Shown piece after piece: positions 54,778 to 64,000 of a stretch of 64,000 nucleotides of DNA. A model generated the notes under the pieces. That model was not told where the DNA came from. It saw only the letters and a program-made list of their open reading frames with translations, and did not search any database. Position numbers and translations under genes: made by a program. Source of the DNA: Candidatus Thorarchaeota archaeon (GTDB lineage: Archaea > Asgardarchaeota > Thorarchaeia > Thorarchaeales > Thorarchaeaceae); NCBI GenBank assembly GCA_048884965.1, contig JBHLQH010000004.1, forward strand, positions 115,368-179,367. Reading direction: 5' to 3'. Position 1 is the first letter of the stretch, and the number at the start of each line of letters is the position of its first letter.

Positions 54778-56370
54778 TTGACCCAATTACCAACTGAAAT
54801 TGCACGCGTCACTGTGTTCCGCGATGGAGCTCGGGTGACTAGAACAGGCAAGACAAAGCTTGGTCCAGGACCACATAAGATTGTGGTGCCTGAAATCACA
54901 AGCCTTGCACGAGAGGATAGCTTCCGCGTCAAAGGGAAAGGTCCTGCTTCTCTATCAACGATCGATGTACGAAGAGTTGAGAAGGTCTTTGAGCCAGAGG
55001 AGGACATAAAGGGTCTCTACGACGAATGGAAAGCGCTAGAGAAACAGCAAAGGGCAATTCAAGACGAGATTGACATCTACAATAGCAGACTCGGACATAT
55101 GAACAGCATGATGGGCGAATTTGTAGGTATGTTTGGACAAGCCTTTGCAGCAGAAGAAGTAAAGATTCAGCAACTCACTGAGATGGATTCGAAAACTGTC
55201 AAAATCACAGAGGACACACACGAGAAGATACGTCAGCTTCAGGAGAAAGATGAGGAAATTTCTACGAAGATAGATGTGATACGGAAGAATCTTGGTGAGA
55301 TAGCATCAAAGAAACGATCTGTTGTAACCTTTGAAGTTGATATATCACTCGAGGTAAGACAAGAAGCCGAGATCGAGCTTGAGGTTACTTATCAAACACG
55401 AGGTGCGAACTGGGTTCCATCCTATGATGTCGATCTCCTTGTTGGGAAGGCGAAGATCAGGAGAGTCGCAATGGTTAGCAATCAGACGCATGAGAACTGG
55501 AAAGAGGTTGGATTGACGATCTCAACTGCCACAGCAAAACCGGTTGAAGCGATTCAAGGTACTCCTTTCTATGTTTCTGAGTATATTCCACGACCCGTGA
55601 TGCGTGGAGAAGGAAGAAAAATGAAGAAGATGGCGTATGAGAGATCTGCACCAAAACCAGCGATGGCTCCAGCCCCAGGAGGCGCAGGCATGGGAGGTTA
55701 TGCACCACCTCCACCAGAGATCATCGAGGAATTTGCAGAGGCATCAGAATCTTCTTCCGGGATAGCAATCTATGAGCTGCCAAAGCCTGTTACTATTCCA
55801 TTCGACTATGAGAAACATCCTATCACTCTGACTGAGGAGGAATTGGAAACGAGAACCATTCACTATTGGTATACAGATGCCATGGCTGAAGTTGTTGCTC
55901 AGGATGAGGTCACTAACGGGGACAATGTTATCCTCCCCGGAAAGGTCAAGGTGTATGCTCAAGGTGACTACATTGGAGAAACGACAATCAACCAGATATC
56001 ACCTCGAGAGAAATTCAAGCTTGGAACCCGAGTAGCGTATGATGTCAAAGCCAAGAAGCAGCTGGTAGAAAAGGAGATCGAAAAAGCAGGAATAACTCGT
56101 GGAAAACTAAGACGATCCTATAGGTATCGGCTTGAGATCGAGAGCTTCTCCAAACAAGAAGTAGAAATCGAGATCATTGACCGAGTGCCACACAGCAACA
56201 GCACATCTATTGAGGTAAAGATAGACTGGGAAAAGCTTGGTCTCAAGAAACAAGAACTTGGTGTGATGGAATGGACGAAGAAAATTGCACCAAGTCAAAA
56301 GATTGAGATTCTCTATGACTATGAAGTCTATTGGGAGAAGGGTGTAACGATTACCCCACCATTACCATAG
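54778..56370 (+). CDS. DUF4140/DUF4139 (mucoidy inhibitor MuiA-like) protein
   Basis: VTVFRDGARVTR, coiled coil, WVPSYD and ENW...LTISTA motifs. TTG start after GGGGTGA. Confidence 0.87.
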   Translation: MTQLPTEIARVTVFRDGARVTRTGKTKLGPGPHKIVVPEITSLAREDSFRVKGKGPASLSTIDVRRVEKVFEPEEDIKGLYDEWKALEKQQRAIQDEIDIYNSRLGHMNSMMGEFVGMFGQAFAAEEVKIQQLTEMDSKTVKITEDTHEKIRQLQEKDEEISTKIDVIRKNLGEIASKKRSVVTFEVDISLEVRQEAEIELEVTYQTRGANWVPSYDVDLLVGKAKIRRVAMVSNQTHENWKEVGLTISTATAKPVEAIQGTPFYVSEYIPRPVMRGEGRKMKKMAYERSAPKPAMAPAPGGAGMGGYAPPPPEIIEEFAEASESSSGIAIYELPKPVTIPFDYEKHPITLTEEELETRTIHYWYTDAMAEVVAQDEVTNGDNVILPGKVKVYAQGDYIGETTINQISPREKFKLGTRVAYDVKAKKQLVEKEIEKAGITRGKLRRSYRYRLEIESFSKQEVEIEIIDRVPHSNSTSIEVKIDWEKLGLKKQELGVMEWTKKIAPSQKIEILYDYEVYWEKGVTITPPLP

Positions 56371-56381
56371 GAGGTGAAAGA

Positions 56382-57992
56382 ATGACAGAAAAAACAACTA
56401 CTCAAATCAAAACAGTAACAGTATTCCGAGATGGAGCAAGGATTGTCAGAAAAGGCACTGCAAAAGTAAAGGCAGGCGAGCAAACAATCATTGCGGGTGG
56501 GATTACACACTATGCGCAAGAAGATAGCTTTCGAGTCAAGGGAAAAGGCCATGCAGTCCTACGCGGGATAGACGTGAAGAGGACAACTAAGACCTACGAA
56601 CCTGAAGAAGAGTTGAAGAAGTTGCTCAAAGATCTCAAGGCTCTTGAAAAGCAACAGGAAGTCCTAACATCTAAAGCAGAGATACAAGAAGGGCGAATTT
56701 CCCATCTCAATACTATAGCTTCAAACTTCGCTAGTGTGTTCGGGAAATGGTTTGCCGCTGGTGAATCATCACTTGGACAACTAGACGAGATGGATAAGAC
56801 CACGATGAAGCAGATTACGGATGCGAAGAAGAAGCTAAGGACTATTCAGGATGAGGAGGAGGAGCTATCGAATAAAATCTCCGTTCTTCAGGCTAATATC
56901 AACAAGGTACAGGGACAACGGAAGACAGAAACTCACTTCGAAGTCCACATACTCATTGATGCTAAGGAAGCTACCGAGCTCGATCTGGAAGTCACCTATC
57001 AGCTCTCGTACGCTGGATGGTCTCCGACATATGATGTTGATCTTAGGGAGAATGAAGCATCCCTTAAACGAATAGCAATGATATACAACAACTCGTTGGA
57101 AGATTGGCAGGACGTCGCCCTATCGGTTTCAACGGCATCCGCACGACCAGTCAGGGCAGTTGAAGCCTCGCCATTCTATGTCGATATCTATAGACCATTA
57201 CCTGTGACCACAGCGTCAACAGGGATGGGGGTTATGAGAATGGATGACGAAAGGGATCGAGAAAAGGCAGGAGCCATGGATTTGGACGACCTTATGGATT
57301 TCAAGGAGTCAGAAGAAGAGGTGGCAGAACCTATGCCGGAGATTATTGAATCATATGCCCAGGTATCAGAATCACTTAGTGGAGTTGTAATTTACGAAGT
57401 CCCTGGAGAGATCTCAATCAAGTCGGATGATGATCCACACCCTGTGACATTGACAGAAGAGAATTTCTCCTCAAGGAAGCTCCACTTCTGGAATGCCTAT
57501 GCAATGCCAGAGGTCGTTGCACAGGATGAGATAACCAATGGTGACTCAGTGCTTCTCCCCGGACCGATCAAGGTCTATGCCCTTGGAGACTTCATTGGAG
57601 AATCCAACATCGGAAGCATCTCTCCTAGAGAGAAATTCCGACTAGGTACAAGAACATCCTATGATGTCAAGGCTACGAAGAAACTCATATCAAAAGATAC
57701 TGATAAGGCTGGCATCACCAGAGGAAAGACCAAGCGTGAGTATCAATACCAACTTGAGCTTGAGAGCTTTGCTAAGTCCGAAATCGAGGTTATGGTAGTT
57801 GATAGGATTCCGTACAGTACTTCCGAGAAGATCGTCATTGAGCTTCTGAGCCCGGTACCTATTCCTAAGAAGAGCGAACTTGGTGTGCTGGAGTGGGAGG
57901 TTAAAGTAGCACCTCAGAAGAAGACAACACTAACCTATAATTTCGAAGCAGAATGGGAGAAGGACATCAGAATCCAACCCCCCTTGCCATAA
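56382..57992 (+). CDS. DUF4140/DUF4139 protein, tandem paralog
   Basis: VTVFRDGARIVR, WSPTYD and EDW...LSVSTA motifs. GGAGGTGA Shine-Dalgarno. Confidence 0.87.
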   Translation: MTEKTTTQIKTVTVFRDGARIVRKGTAKVKAGEQTIIAGGITHYAQEDSFRVKGKGHAVLRGIDVKRTTKTYEPEEELKKLLKDLKALEKQQEVLTSKAEIQEGRISHLNTIASNFASVFGKWFAAGESSLGQLDEMDKTTMKQITDAKKKLRTIQDEEEELSNKISVLQANINKVQGQRKTETHFEVHILIDAKEATELDLEVTYQLSYAGWSPTYDVDLRENEASLKRIAMIYNNSLEDWQDVALSVSTASARPVRAVEASPFYVDIYRPLPVTTASTGMGVMRMDDERDREKAGAMDLDDLMDFKESEEEVAEPMPEIIESYAQVSESLSGVVIYEVPGEISIKSDDDPHPVTLTEENFSSRKLHFWNAYAMPEVVAQDEITNGDSVLLPGPIKVYALGDFIGESNIGSISPREKFRLGTRTSYDVKATKKLISKDTDKAGITRGKTKREYQYQLELESFAKSEIEVMVVDRIPYSTSEKIVIELLSPVPIPKKSELGVLEWEVKVAPQKKTTLTYNFEAEWEKDIRIQPPLP

Positions 57993-58021
57993 AATGAGTG
58001 ATGCGGCATTCCTGCCGCACC

Positions 58022-58387
58022 TCATTCTTCCTTTTTGAACTCAAGAATCTCGATTACATTTCCTGAAGGATCAAAGATACTGATGAATCGACCTCTTGGA
58101 AATGGGAGCGGCTCTTGATGAACAAACAGAACACCTAGTTCACCTAGGACCTCTCTTGTCTTGTCAAGATTCTCGGTTTCCAGTCCCAACACGATTTGAG
58201 CTGTTTCTTGGTATTTTGACATACTTCTCGAAGCAGTCTTTTCAAGTACTATGAAGACACCCTCGCTTTTCAATGCGATACCATTCTCGAATGTATAGGC
58301 AATGTCATACCCTAACTTCTCACAGTAGAAATCCCGTGCTTGTTCAAGATCATCAACATAGATTGTTATGGCAGCAAGCTTTGGCAT
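58022..58387 (-). CDS. VOC/glyoxalase family protein
   Basis: VDDLEQARDFY...LG and DPSGNVIEI motifs. Confidence 0.9.
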   Translation of the reverse strand: MPKLAAITIYVDDLEQARDFYCEKLGYDIAYTFENGIALKSEGVFIVLEKTASRSMSKYQETAQIVLGLETENLDKTREVLGELGVLFVHQEPLPFPRGRFISIFDPSGNVIEILEFKKEE

Positions 58388-59746
58388 CTACTGCCACCTA
58401 CCCATCTCATCCAGTAGAATTGCTATCCGATGCATGGCGAGTTTGTAGTTCTCAATCACTATGCTTTCGTTAGGTGAATGTGCTCGAGAATTATAATCCC
58501 CGACACCTATAGATACCATTGGCACATGCTCAATGAACAGGTAGAGAGGACCAGAACCTGGACTTGTGGGATGAATCACCAAATCATGACCATAAACCTT
58601 CTTGGTTGCCAATTTTACTAGCTCAACGAATGGATGATTGACTGGTGTCTTTGCTGCTGGATATCCATCATACCATGCAATCTTGATATCTGAGAATCCA
58701 TTAGAATCAAGATGACTTCGAAGCTTGTCCTTGATATCCTCGGGATCCATACTCTCAACAAGCCTGAAGTCAATCTTCGCCATTGCCTTTGCCGGGAGAA
58801 CGGTTTTAGAACCAGAACCTTGCCATCCAGCACCAATTCCAGCTATATTACAGGTTGGCGCATTGTAGTACCATTCCTTCAACTCAGCCCCAGTCATACC
58901 ATTGAGATACTGCTCAATGCCGTAGTGGTCGCGTGTGAGGGCTTCATGCATATCGACCTTTGCGATTGCATTCGTGTCGAGTTCTGTCAAATCCTTTGCA
59001 TCATCATAGAAACCCTCGATCATGATCCTACTATTCATGTCTTTTAGTGAATTCAATGCCCACACCAAACGATATGTCGCCGAAGGTAATATACATGCAT
59101 ACGCAGAGTGAGCATCCATCTTCAGACGCTCAACCTCCAGTTGTACATAGAGAAGACCTTTGAGCCCGAGCCACGCTTCTTGATTTCCATCAATACTAGA
59201 ACTTCCAAATTCCCAAATACCACCATCTGCTTTGAGAAATTCAGCATTTGCCTTGACGAATTCTGGCATCGTCGGACTGCCAACCTCTTCCTCGCCCTCG
59301 ACGATGAATTTAATGTTGACAGGAAGCTCGGTCTTTGTTTCGTGGAAAGCTTTGATGGTCCAGATGCGAGAAACAGTATCACCTTTGTTATCTGATACAC
59401 CACGAGCATAAAGTCTACCATCTCGAATCTCAGGTTCAAATGGTGGGGAGTCCCATAAATCAAAAGGCTCAGCAGGTTGAACATCATAGTGATCATAGAA
59501 CATCAAAGTCTTTTCCGCACCTAGATCAAGAAACCCTGTCACCACTGGTTGTCCGGAAGCTTTGTGGATGGTCACATCCATCTTTATTCCTTCTAGTTCC
59601 TTAGCAATCCATTCAGCGGTTTCCTCCATATGCTCCCCTTTTGCTGCAACAGAAGGTATTCTCAAGACTTCTTTGAGATTCTCAATAGATCTGTCAAGAT
59701 TCTCATCAATATATGTAAGAACGCTTTTCATTTTCAACTCCACCAA
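58388..59746 (-). CDS. M20 family metallopeptidase (ArgE/DapE-like dipeptidase)
   Basis: HYDVQP, RGVSDNKG, EGEEE and AHSPNE motifs. Confidence 0.92.
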   Translation of the reverse strand: MVELKMKSVLTYIDENLDRSIENLKEVLRIPSVAAKGEHMEETAEWIAKELEGIKMDVTIHKASGQPVVTGFLDLGAEKTLMFYDHYDVQPAEPFDLWDSPPFEPEIRDGRLYARGVSDNKGDTVSRIWTIKAFHETKTELPVNIKFIVEGEEEVGSPTMPEFVKANAEFLKADGGIWEFGSSSIDGNQEAWLGLKGLLYVQLEVERLKMDAHSAYACILPSATYRLVWALNSLKDMNSRIMIEGFYDDAKDLTELDTNAIAKVDMHEALTRDHYGIEQYLNGMTGAELKEWYYNAPTCNIAGIGAGWQGSGSKTVLPAKAMAKIDFRLVESMDPEDIKDKLRSHLDSNGFSDIKIAWYDGYPAAKTPVNHPFVELVKLATKKVYGHDLVIHPTSPGSGPLYLFIEHVPMVSIGVGDYNSRAHSPNESIVIENYKLAMHRIAILLDEMGRWQ

Positions 59747-59869
59747 TCAATAATATATCCGATGTTGTTTTCAACCAATTTGATGAGTAATTGCATCACT
59801 GATATTTGTTGGGACACAAGCAGAAGAGAGTATGTGGAATGTTTTTCTTGATACAGGATTCTTCAAGAA

Positions 59870-61093
59870 ATGATAGAGATGGAAAATGAAGCACGCCAAA
59901 GCGATTGGACTGCCCTAAAATCGGTCTATAATTCAGCATTTCTTTGCAGTTTGGGCTTCTTCTTTGTTTCATTTATTATTCCTATTGCAGCATACGATCC
60001 CAATGTCCTAGGAGCGACTGGATTTCAGGTTGCTTTAGTTTTTGCGCTTCTCACATTGGGTTCAGCAATCTTTTCACCAATAGCAGGAAGAATAGTACGA
60101 GGTGGGAAGCGCAGAGAGGCGATATTTTTCGGATCTTCAATTAGAGCACTCGCCTATATTGGAATGTCTGCATCATTCCTAATTGGCAGTATAGACTTTC
60201 TAATTCTGAATAGCCTCGTTTGGGGGATGGGGGCTGGTTTCTATCTAGTAGGAAGTGATGCAGAAATCTCGGAAAGAGTGACAAGACAAAATAGAGCAGA
60301 AGCCTTTGGCAAGAGGAGTGCAACAAATGCCCAAGGACAAATACTTGGTACGTTCATTGGTTTCACAATCTTCTTCATAACTGACATTTACACTGTTTTT
60401 CTTTTCTATGCAGCAATGAACATTCTTGGGGGATTAATCGTCTATCTTGATAAGAGACCGTTCTTACTGAAAGTTGAAGCTCTAAAGGAAACAGCAAATA
60501 GAGTACTAGGCTTGGGAATTGCAGCACTTATTTTTGCAGCGGCGATTGATGCGTTCGTTTTAGCTCTACTTAGTCCGTTCGTCGAACTTTACATTTTTGA
60601 GTCATTCACCACGGAGGTTGATATGGTTGCTTTACTGTATTTGCCTGGAGGAATATTGACAGCGATACTAGGAGGAAAGCTTGGTAGACTTGCAGACCGC
60701 TCGAATCAAGTGGCAATAGTAGCAGGGTCAGCGCTAGTTGTATCACTTACAACTTTCATTCTTGCATTTCTCCCGATACTTGTTGCAGATATTCCCAATG
60801 GCATGTTTCTTGTCGCACCCTTATTCGCACTGGAGAACGTCGCAGCTGTTGCGGCATATACCGTGATGTCCTCTGTCCTTGGTACCGCATATGAAGGTAG
60901 GGCAGCAGAGGGATTTGGTAAATTTGAGGCTGTAATTGGTCTGTCTAGATTTATGGGACCTCTCGTTGGAGGAGTCTTCTGGGATACAATTGGACCTATG
61001 TCACCGTTCATCTTTGTTGGTTTCATTGAATTGCTGCTGATTCCAGCATATTACATTGGGATAAAGCAATATCAGAAAGCTTTGCAGGGTTGA
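59870..61093 (+). CDS. MFS transporter
   Basis: 12 TM segments, GRLADR and GPLVGG motifs. Confidence 0.85.
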   Translation: MIEMENEARQSDWTALKSVYNSAFLCSLGFFFVSFIIPIAAYDPNVLGATGFQVALVFALLTLGSAIFSPIAGRIVRGGKRREAIFFGSSIRALAYIGMSASFLIGSIDFLILNSLVWGMGAGFYLVGSDAEISERVTRQNRAEAFGKRSATNAQGQILGTFIGFTIFFITDIYTVFLFYAAMNILGGLIVYLDKRPFLLKVEALKETANRVLGLGIAALIFAAAIDAFVLALLSPFVELYIFESFTTEVDMVALLYLPGGILTAILGGKLGRLADRSNQVAIVAGSALVVSLTTFILAFLPILVADIPNGMFLVAPLFALENVAAVAAYTVMSSVLGTAYEGRAAEGFGKFEAVIGLSRFMGPLVGGVFWDTIGPMSPFIFVGFIELLLIPAYYIGIKQYQKALQG

Positions 61094-61181
61094 TATTATA
61101 GTTCTCCGTGCATAAAATATATAGCGGAGCGATTTAGGAAACTCACACAGGGTTAACATACTCAATAGGGCGTATCTGGAC

Positions 61182-62183
61182 ATGACAGTTCGTGTTGGTA
61201 TTAACGGCTTTGGTAGAATCGGACGGCTTTACCTCCGTGCGGCTCTCAAGAAAAGTGGTTTTCAAGTAGTAGCAGTGAATGACTTGAGCGATGCAGAGAC
61301 CCTTGGTCATCTCCTCAAGTACGATACTGCGATGGGTCCTTTTGATGGCACTGTAGATGTGATTGATGGTGCCTTCAAAGTGAATGGTAGAGAAATCAAG
61401 GTTCTTTCAGAACGCGATCCAGCAAGTTTACCATGGAAAGAACTCGGTGTCGATATAGTAATCGATTCAACCGGATTATTCAGAAAAGCAGCGGAATTAG
61501 GGAAGCACCTTGAGGCTGGAGCAAAGAAGGTTCTTCTCAGTGCGCCAGGGAAGGATGCAATGCGCACGGTTGTCCTAGGTGTCAATGATCGTGATTACGA
61601 TCCTGCAAAGGACCACATCATCTCAAATGCATCATGCACCACTAATTGCCTCGCTCCGATGGTCAAAGTCATGGACGAGAACTTTGGAATCGAATCTGGG
61701 TTAATGACAACCATTCATTCAGTAACGAATGATCAAAGGATACTAGATATGCAGCACAAGGATATCCGAAGGGCAAGGGCTGCTACATGGAACATCATTC
61801 CTACGACCACAGGTGCAGCAAAGGCAATCGGGCTTGTGTACCCGAAAGCTGACGGCAAGCTCAATGGTATCGCAATCCGCGTCCCGACGATGGATGTTTC
61901 AATCGTCGATCTGGCTGTATCCATGGAGAAGAGTGCTTCTAAAGAAGAGATTAATACAGCTTTCAAGAAAGCGGCAGACGGTGAGCTGAAAGGATACCTT
62001 AAGTATACGGAAGAACCCCTTGTTTCATCGGATTATATCGGAGATACACATTCTTGTATATTCGATGCCTTACTTACAGACACTCAAGGTAAGATGGCGA
62101 AGATCTTTGGTTGGTACGACAACGAGATGGGCTATTCTACACGGCTTGCAGATCTCACTGCAATTGTTGCTAAGAGCCTCTAG
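61182..62183 (+). CDS. gap: Class I (bacterial/eukaryotic type) glyceraldehyde-3-phosphate dehydrogenase
   Basis: GINGFGRIGR, SNASCTTNCL, TGAAKA and WYDNE motifs. Confidence 0.96.
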   Translation: MTVRVGINGFGRIGRLYLRAALKKSGFQVVAVNDLSDAETLGHLLKYDTAMGPFDGTVDVIDGAFKVNGREIKVLSERDPASLPWKELGVDIVIDSTGLFRKAAELGKHLEAGAKKVLLSAPGKDAMRTVVLGVNDRDYDPAKDHIISNASCTTNCLAPMVKVMDENFGIESGLMTTIHSVTNDQRILDMQHKDIRRARAATWNIIPTTTGAAKAIGLVYPKADGKLNGIAIRVPTMDVSIVDLAVSMEKSASKEEINTAFKKAADGELKGYLKYTEEPLVSSDYIGDTHSCIFDALLTDTQGKMAKIFGWYDNEMGYSTRLADLTAIVAKSL

Positions 62184-62196
62184 GCTATGATGATTC

Positions 62197-62231
62197 AGTG
62201 GAAGTGCAGTGCTTCCACTCTCTCTTATTTT
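62197..62231 (+). terminator. Hairpin after gap
   Basis: AGTGGAAG...CTTCCACT followed by a pyrimidine tract. Confidence 0.5.
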
Positions 62232-62664
62232 ATTTGAGTTCCTTTCTCATGAATGATGAGCTCGCTGGACAAAGCTTGGAGAACTCTTGAGTCGCTGCTA
62301 TCGAGGGAGGAACTTTAGAACGATCATGTAGTGAGTATCCATACTTCTTGAAGAACCTCTCAGCAGTGTCTGTAAGTAAGAAAAGTTCATCGACACCTTT
62401 TTGCAATGCATATCTCTCGATATCTTGAAGCAACATCTGCCCATACCCCTTTTTCTGATAAGCTGGATGTACAGCAATAGAACGCAAAAGTGCCATAGAG
62501 CCATAAATCTCTAGACCTATGCAACCTATGAGAGTGTTCTTCTCGACCAGAATTCGAAAGTCATCTATATTCTGTTCCACTCCTTCTATCACCAAATCAA
62601 GTTCTTTCAAGAGTCCTGTAATATCGGATATACTAGCGGATGACGCCTGTAGAATTTCGATCAA
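62230..62664 (-). CDS. GNAT acetyltransferase, ArsN2-like
   Basis: ALLRSIAV, QKKGYG, LLTDTAERFF and EFSKLCPAS motifs. Confidence 0.85.
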   Translation of the reverse strand: MIEILQASSASISDITGLLKELDLVIEGVEQNIDDFRILVEKNTLIGCIGLEIYGSMALLRSIAVHPAYQKKGYGQMLLQDIERYALQKGVDELFLLTDTAERFFKKYGYSLHDRSKVPPSIAATQEFSKLCPASSSFMRKELK

Positions 62665-62725
62665 GATGTTTCCACTCTTCTAAACATCAATCCATAATGA
62701 ATATTCGCAAGAGTGCATAGAACCA

Positions 62726-64000
62726 CTAAGGTAGTGAATAAAGTGGTTCTTGCAACGACTCGAAATCACCATCTCTTATCGATTGGATATCCTTTCTTAA
62801 GAGCACATTAAGGGGGTCCTGCCTTAGACTCAACACAGACCTCATATGCAGAAGTTCTTCAAGTCGTTTCAATCCCACTCCAGTTCCTTCAAGAATAATT
62901 GTTAGCCTAGCAAGATTCCATCTCACAAGCAGGTCGCTTCTATTCAGTGCAAGACTTCTCATCATCAAGTCTTGTGCTGCTTCATAATCCGATTTGGCAA
63001 AGGATTTCAATCCCTGAGAGAAAATCCGTTTTGCTGCTCGTTGGATTGCTTCCTCAGAGAAGAGTGGAATTCCAATAGGAGCAGTAATCCTCCTTCTTGT
63101 TTCATGAAGCTGCGATAGTGTAGAATCCCTTTGATCGGGGTCTAGGACCTTCATCACACTCTTCCGTGCTAGTTCCAATATGCTACCAAGTGATTCATCT
63201 GGAGAGTCAAAGGAATCTGGAAGCTTTTGAAGCATAAAAGAAAGAATCTCCGGAAAGTCCAACTCACGGAGTCTTTCAGTAGCATCAATAATCTCAAGTG
63301 AGATTGGATAGCCAGATTCACGCAGGAATCTCAAGAGTACCACACAGATTGCAGGCGATTCGATGCAGATATCAGCTATGACATGAAGGGGAAATTCTTC
63401 ATTGGGTGAAGACTCAAGCATTACCTGTGTAGTGCGCTGAATCAGACGATCCTGATCAAGTCCAATGATTTGATCGTTTAGCTGGATTACGTTACTCCTT
63501 ACAAGGACATGCCTATACTTCGATATCATATCAAAGAGATCAGTACCCAATGGTTTCTTACTTCGTGCGATCAATTCAGGATAGTTCGAATCTTCATTTC
63601 GCTTCTTGATTTCGATTTCCACAAACCCAGATTCGTATAGGATTTCCTGCAGTAGTTCTTGGGGATATGCGTATCTATGATTCATCCCCGGAACATCAAG
63701 ACCATAGATCCAATTCATCATGTATTTTCGGTCCTCATACTCCTTCCAAATGAAATTATGAAAAGATTGCTCAATATCAGGAGTGGCAATCTTGAGAACC
63801 CCACCTGGTTTTAGCACTCGGTAGAATTCAGATATCGCATATACACCTTGGACTGCACCCATGTGCTCTAACACGTGGCTGCATTCGATATAGTCTACAG
63901 AACCGTCTTCAAAATCCAGATCGTACGCATTCATGATTTTATCTGCAACTGAGCTATCAAATGCATCTACATTTATGAACCCCTTCTTGTAAACGGATCC
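62726..64000 (-). CDS. SAM-dependent methyltransferase (type 11) with C-terminal TPR-like helices, 5'-truncated
   Basis: Frame is open to the window end (GFINVD). SHVLEH and RVLKPGG motifs. Confidence 0.85.
   Translation of the reverse strand, partial: GSVYKKGFINVDAFDSSVADKIMNAYDLDFEDGSVDYIECSHVLEHMGAVQGVYAISEFYRVLKPGGVLKIATPDIEQSFHNFIWKEYEDRKYMMNWIYGLDVPGMNHRYAYPQELLQEILYESGFVEIEIKKRNEDSNYPELIARSKKPLGTDLFDMISKYRHVLVRSNVIQLNDQIIGLDQDRLIQRTTQVMLESSPNEEFPLHVIADICIESPAICVVLLRFLRESGYPISLEIIDATERLRELDFPEILSFMLQKLPDSFDSPDESLGSILELARKSVMKVLDPDQRDSTLSQLHETRRRITAPIGIPLFSEEAIQRAAKRIFSQGLKSFAKSDYEAAQDLMMRSLALNRSDLLVRWNLARLTIILEGTGVGLKRLEELLHMRSVLSLRQDPLNVLLRKDIQSIRDGDFESLQEPLYSLP

Overview
Ordinary-density archaeal chromosomal segment, most likely from an Asgard archaeon (Thorarchaeia-like). 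This is inferred from a Rab-like small GTPase, an IDLSPL-type LRR protein, orphan multi-PAS histidine kinases, C-terminally anchored surface proteins and TTTATATA promoters. About 55 protein genes cover signalling, transport, proteolysis and acyl-CoA metabolism. The standout region is a 2.5 kb RNA island at 45400-47950, with no integrase or phage gene nearby. It holds 20 tightly packed, CCA-encoding tRNA genes that follow archaeal identity rules, arranged in two promoter-driven blocks that are sorted by discriminator base. Each block is headed by a structured non-coding leader sharing a 5' motif, one being a ~240-nt multibranch RNA that I do not recognise. The island also contains an embedded 78-aa ORF, a third stem-loop RNA, an A34 tRNA-Val(AAC), a tRNA(CAU) with a ~60-nt hairpin insert, and a tRNA-Thr with duplicated D, anticodon (AGU and UGU), T and acceptor elements. 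All RNA structures were folded by eye and no database searches were run.
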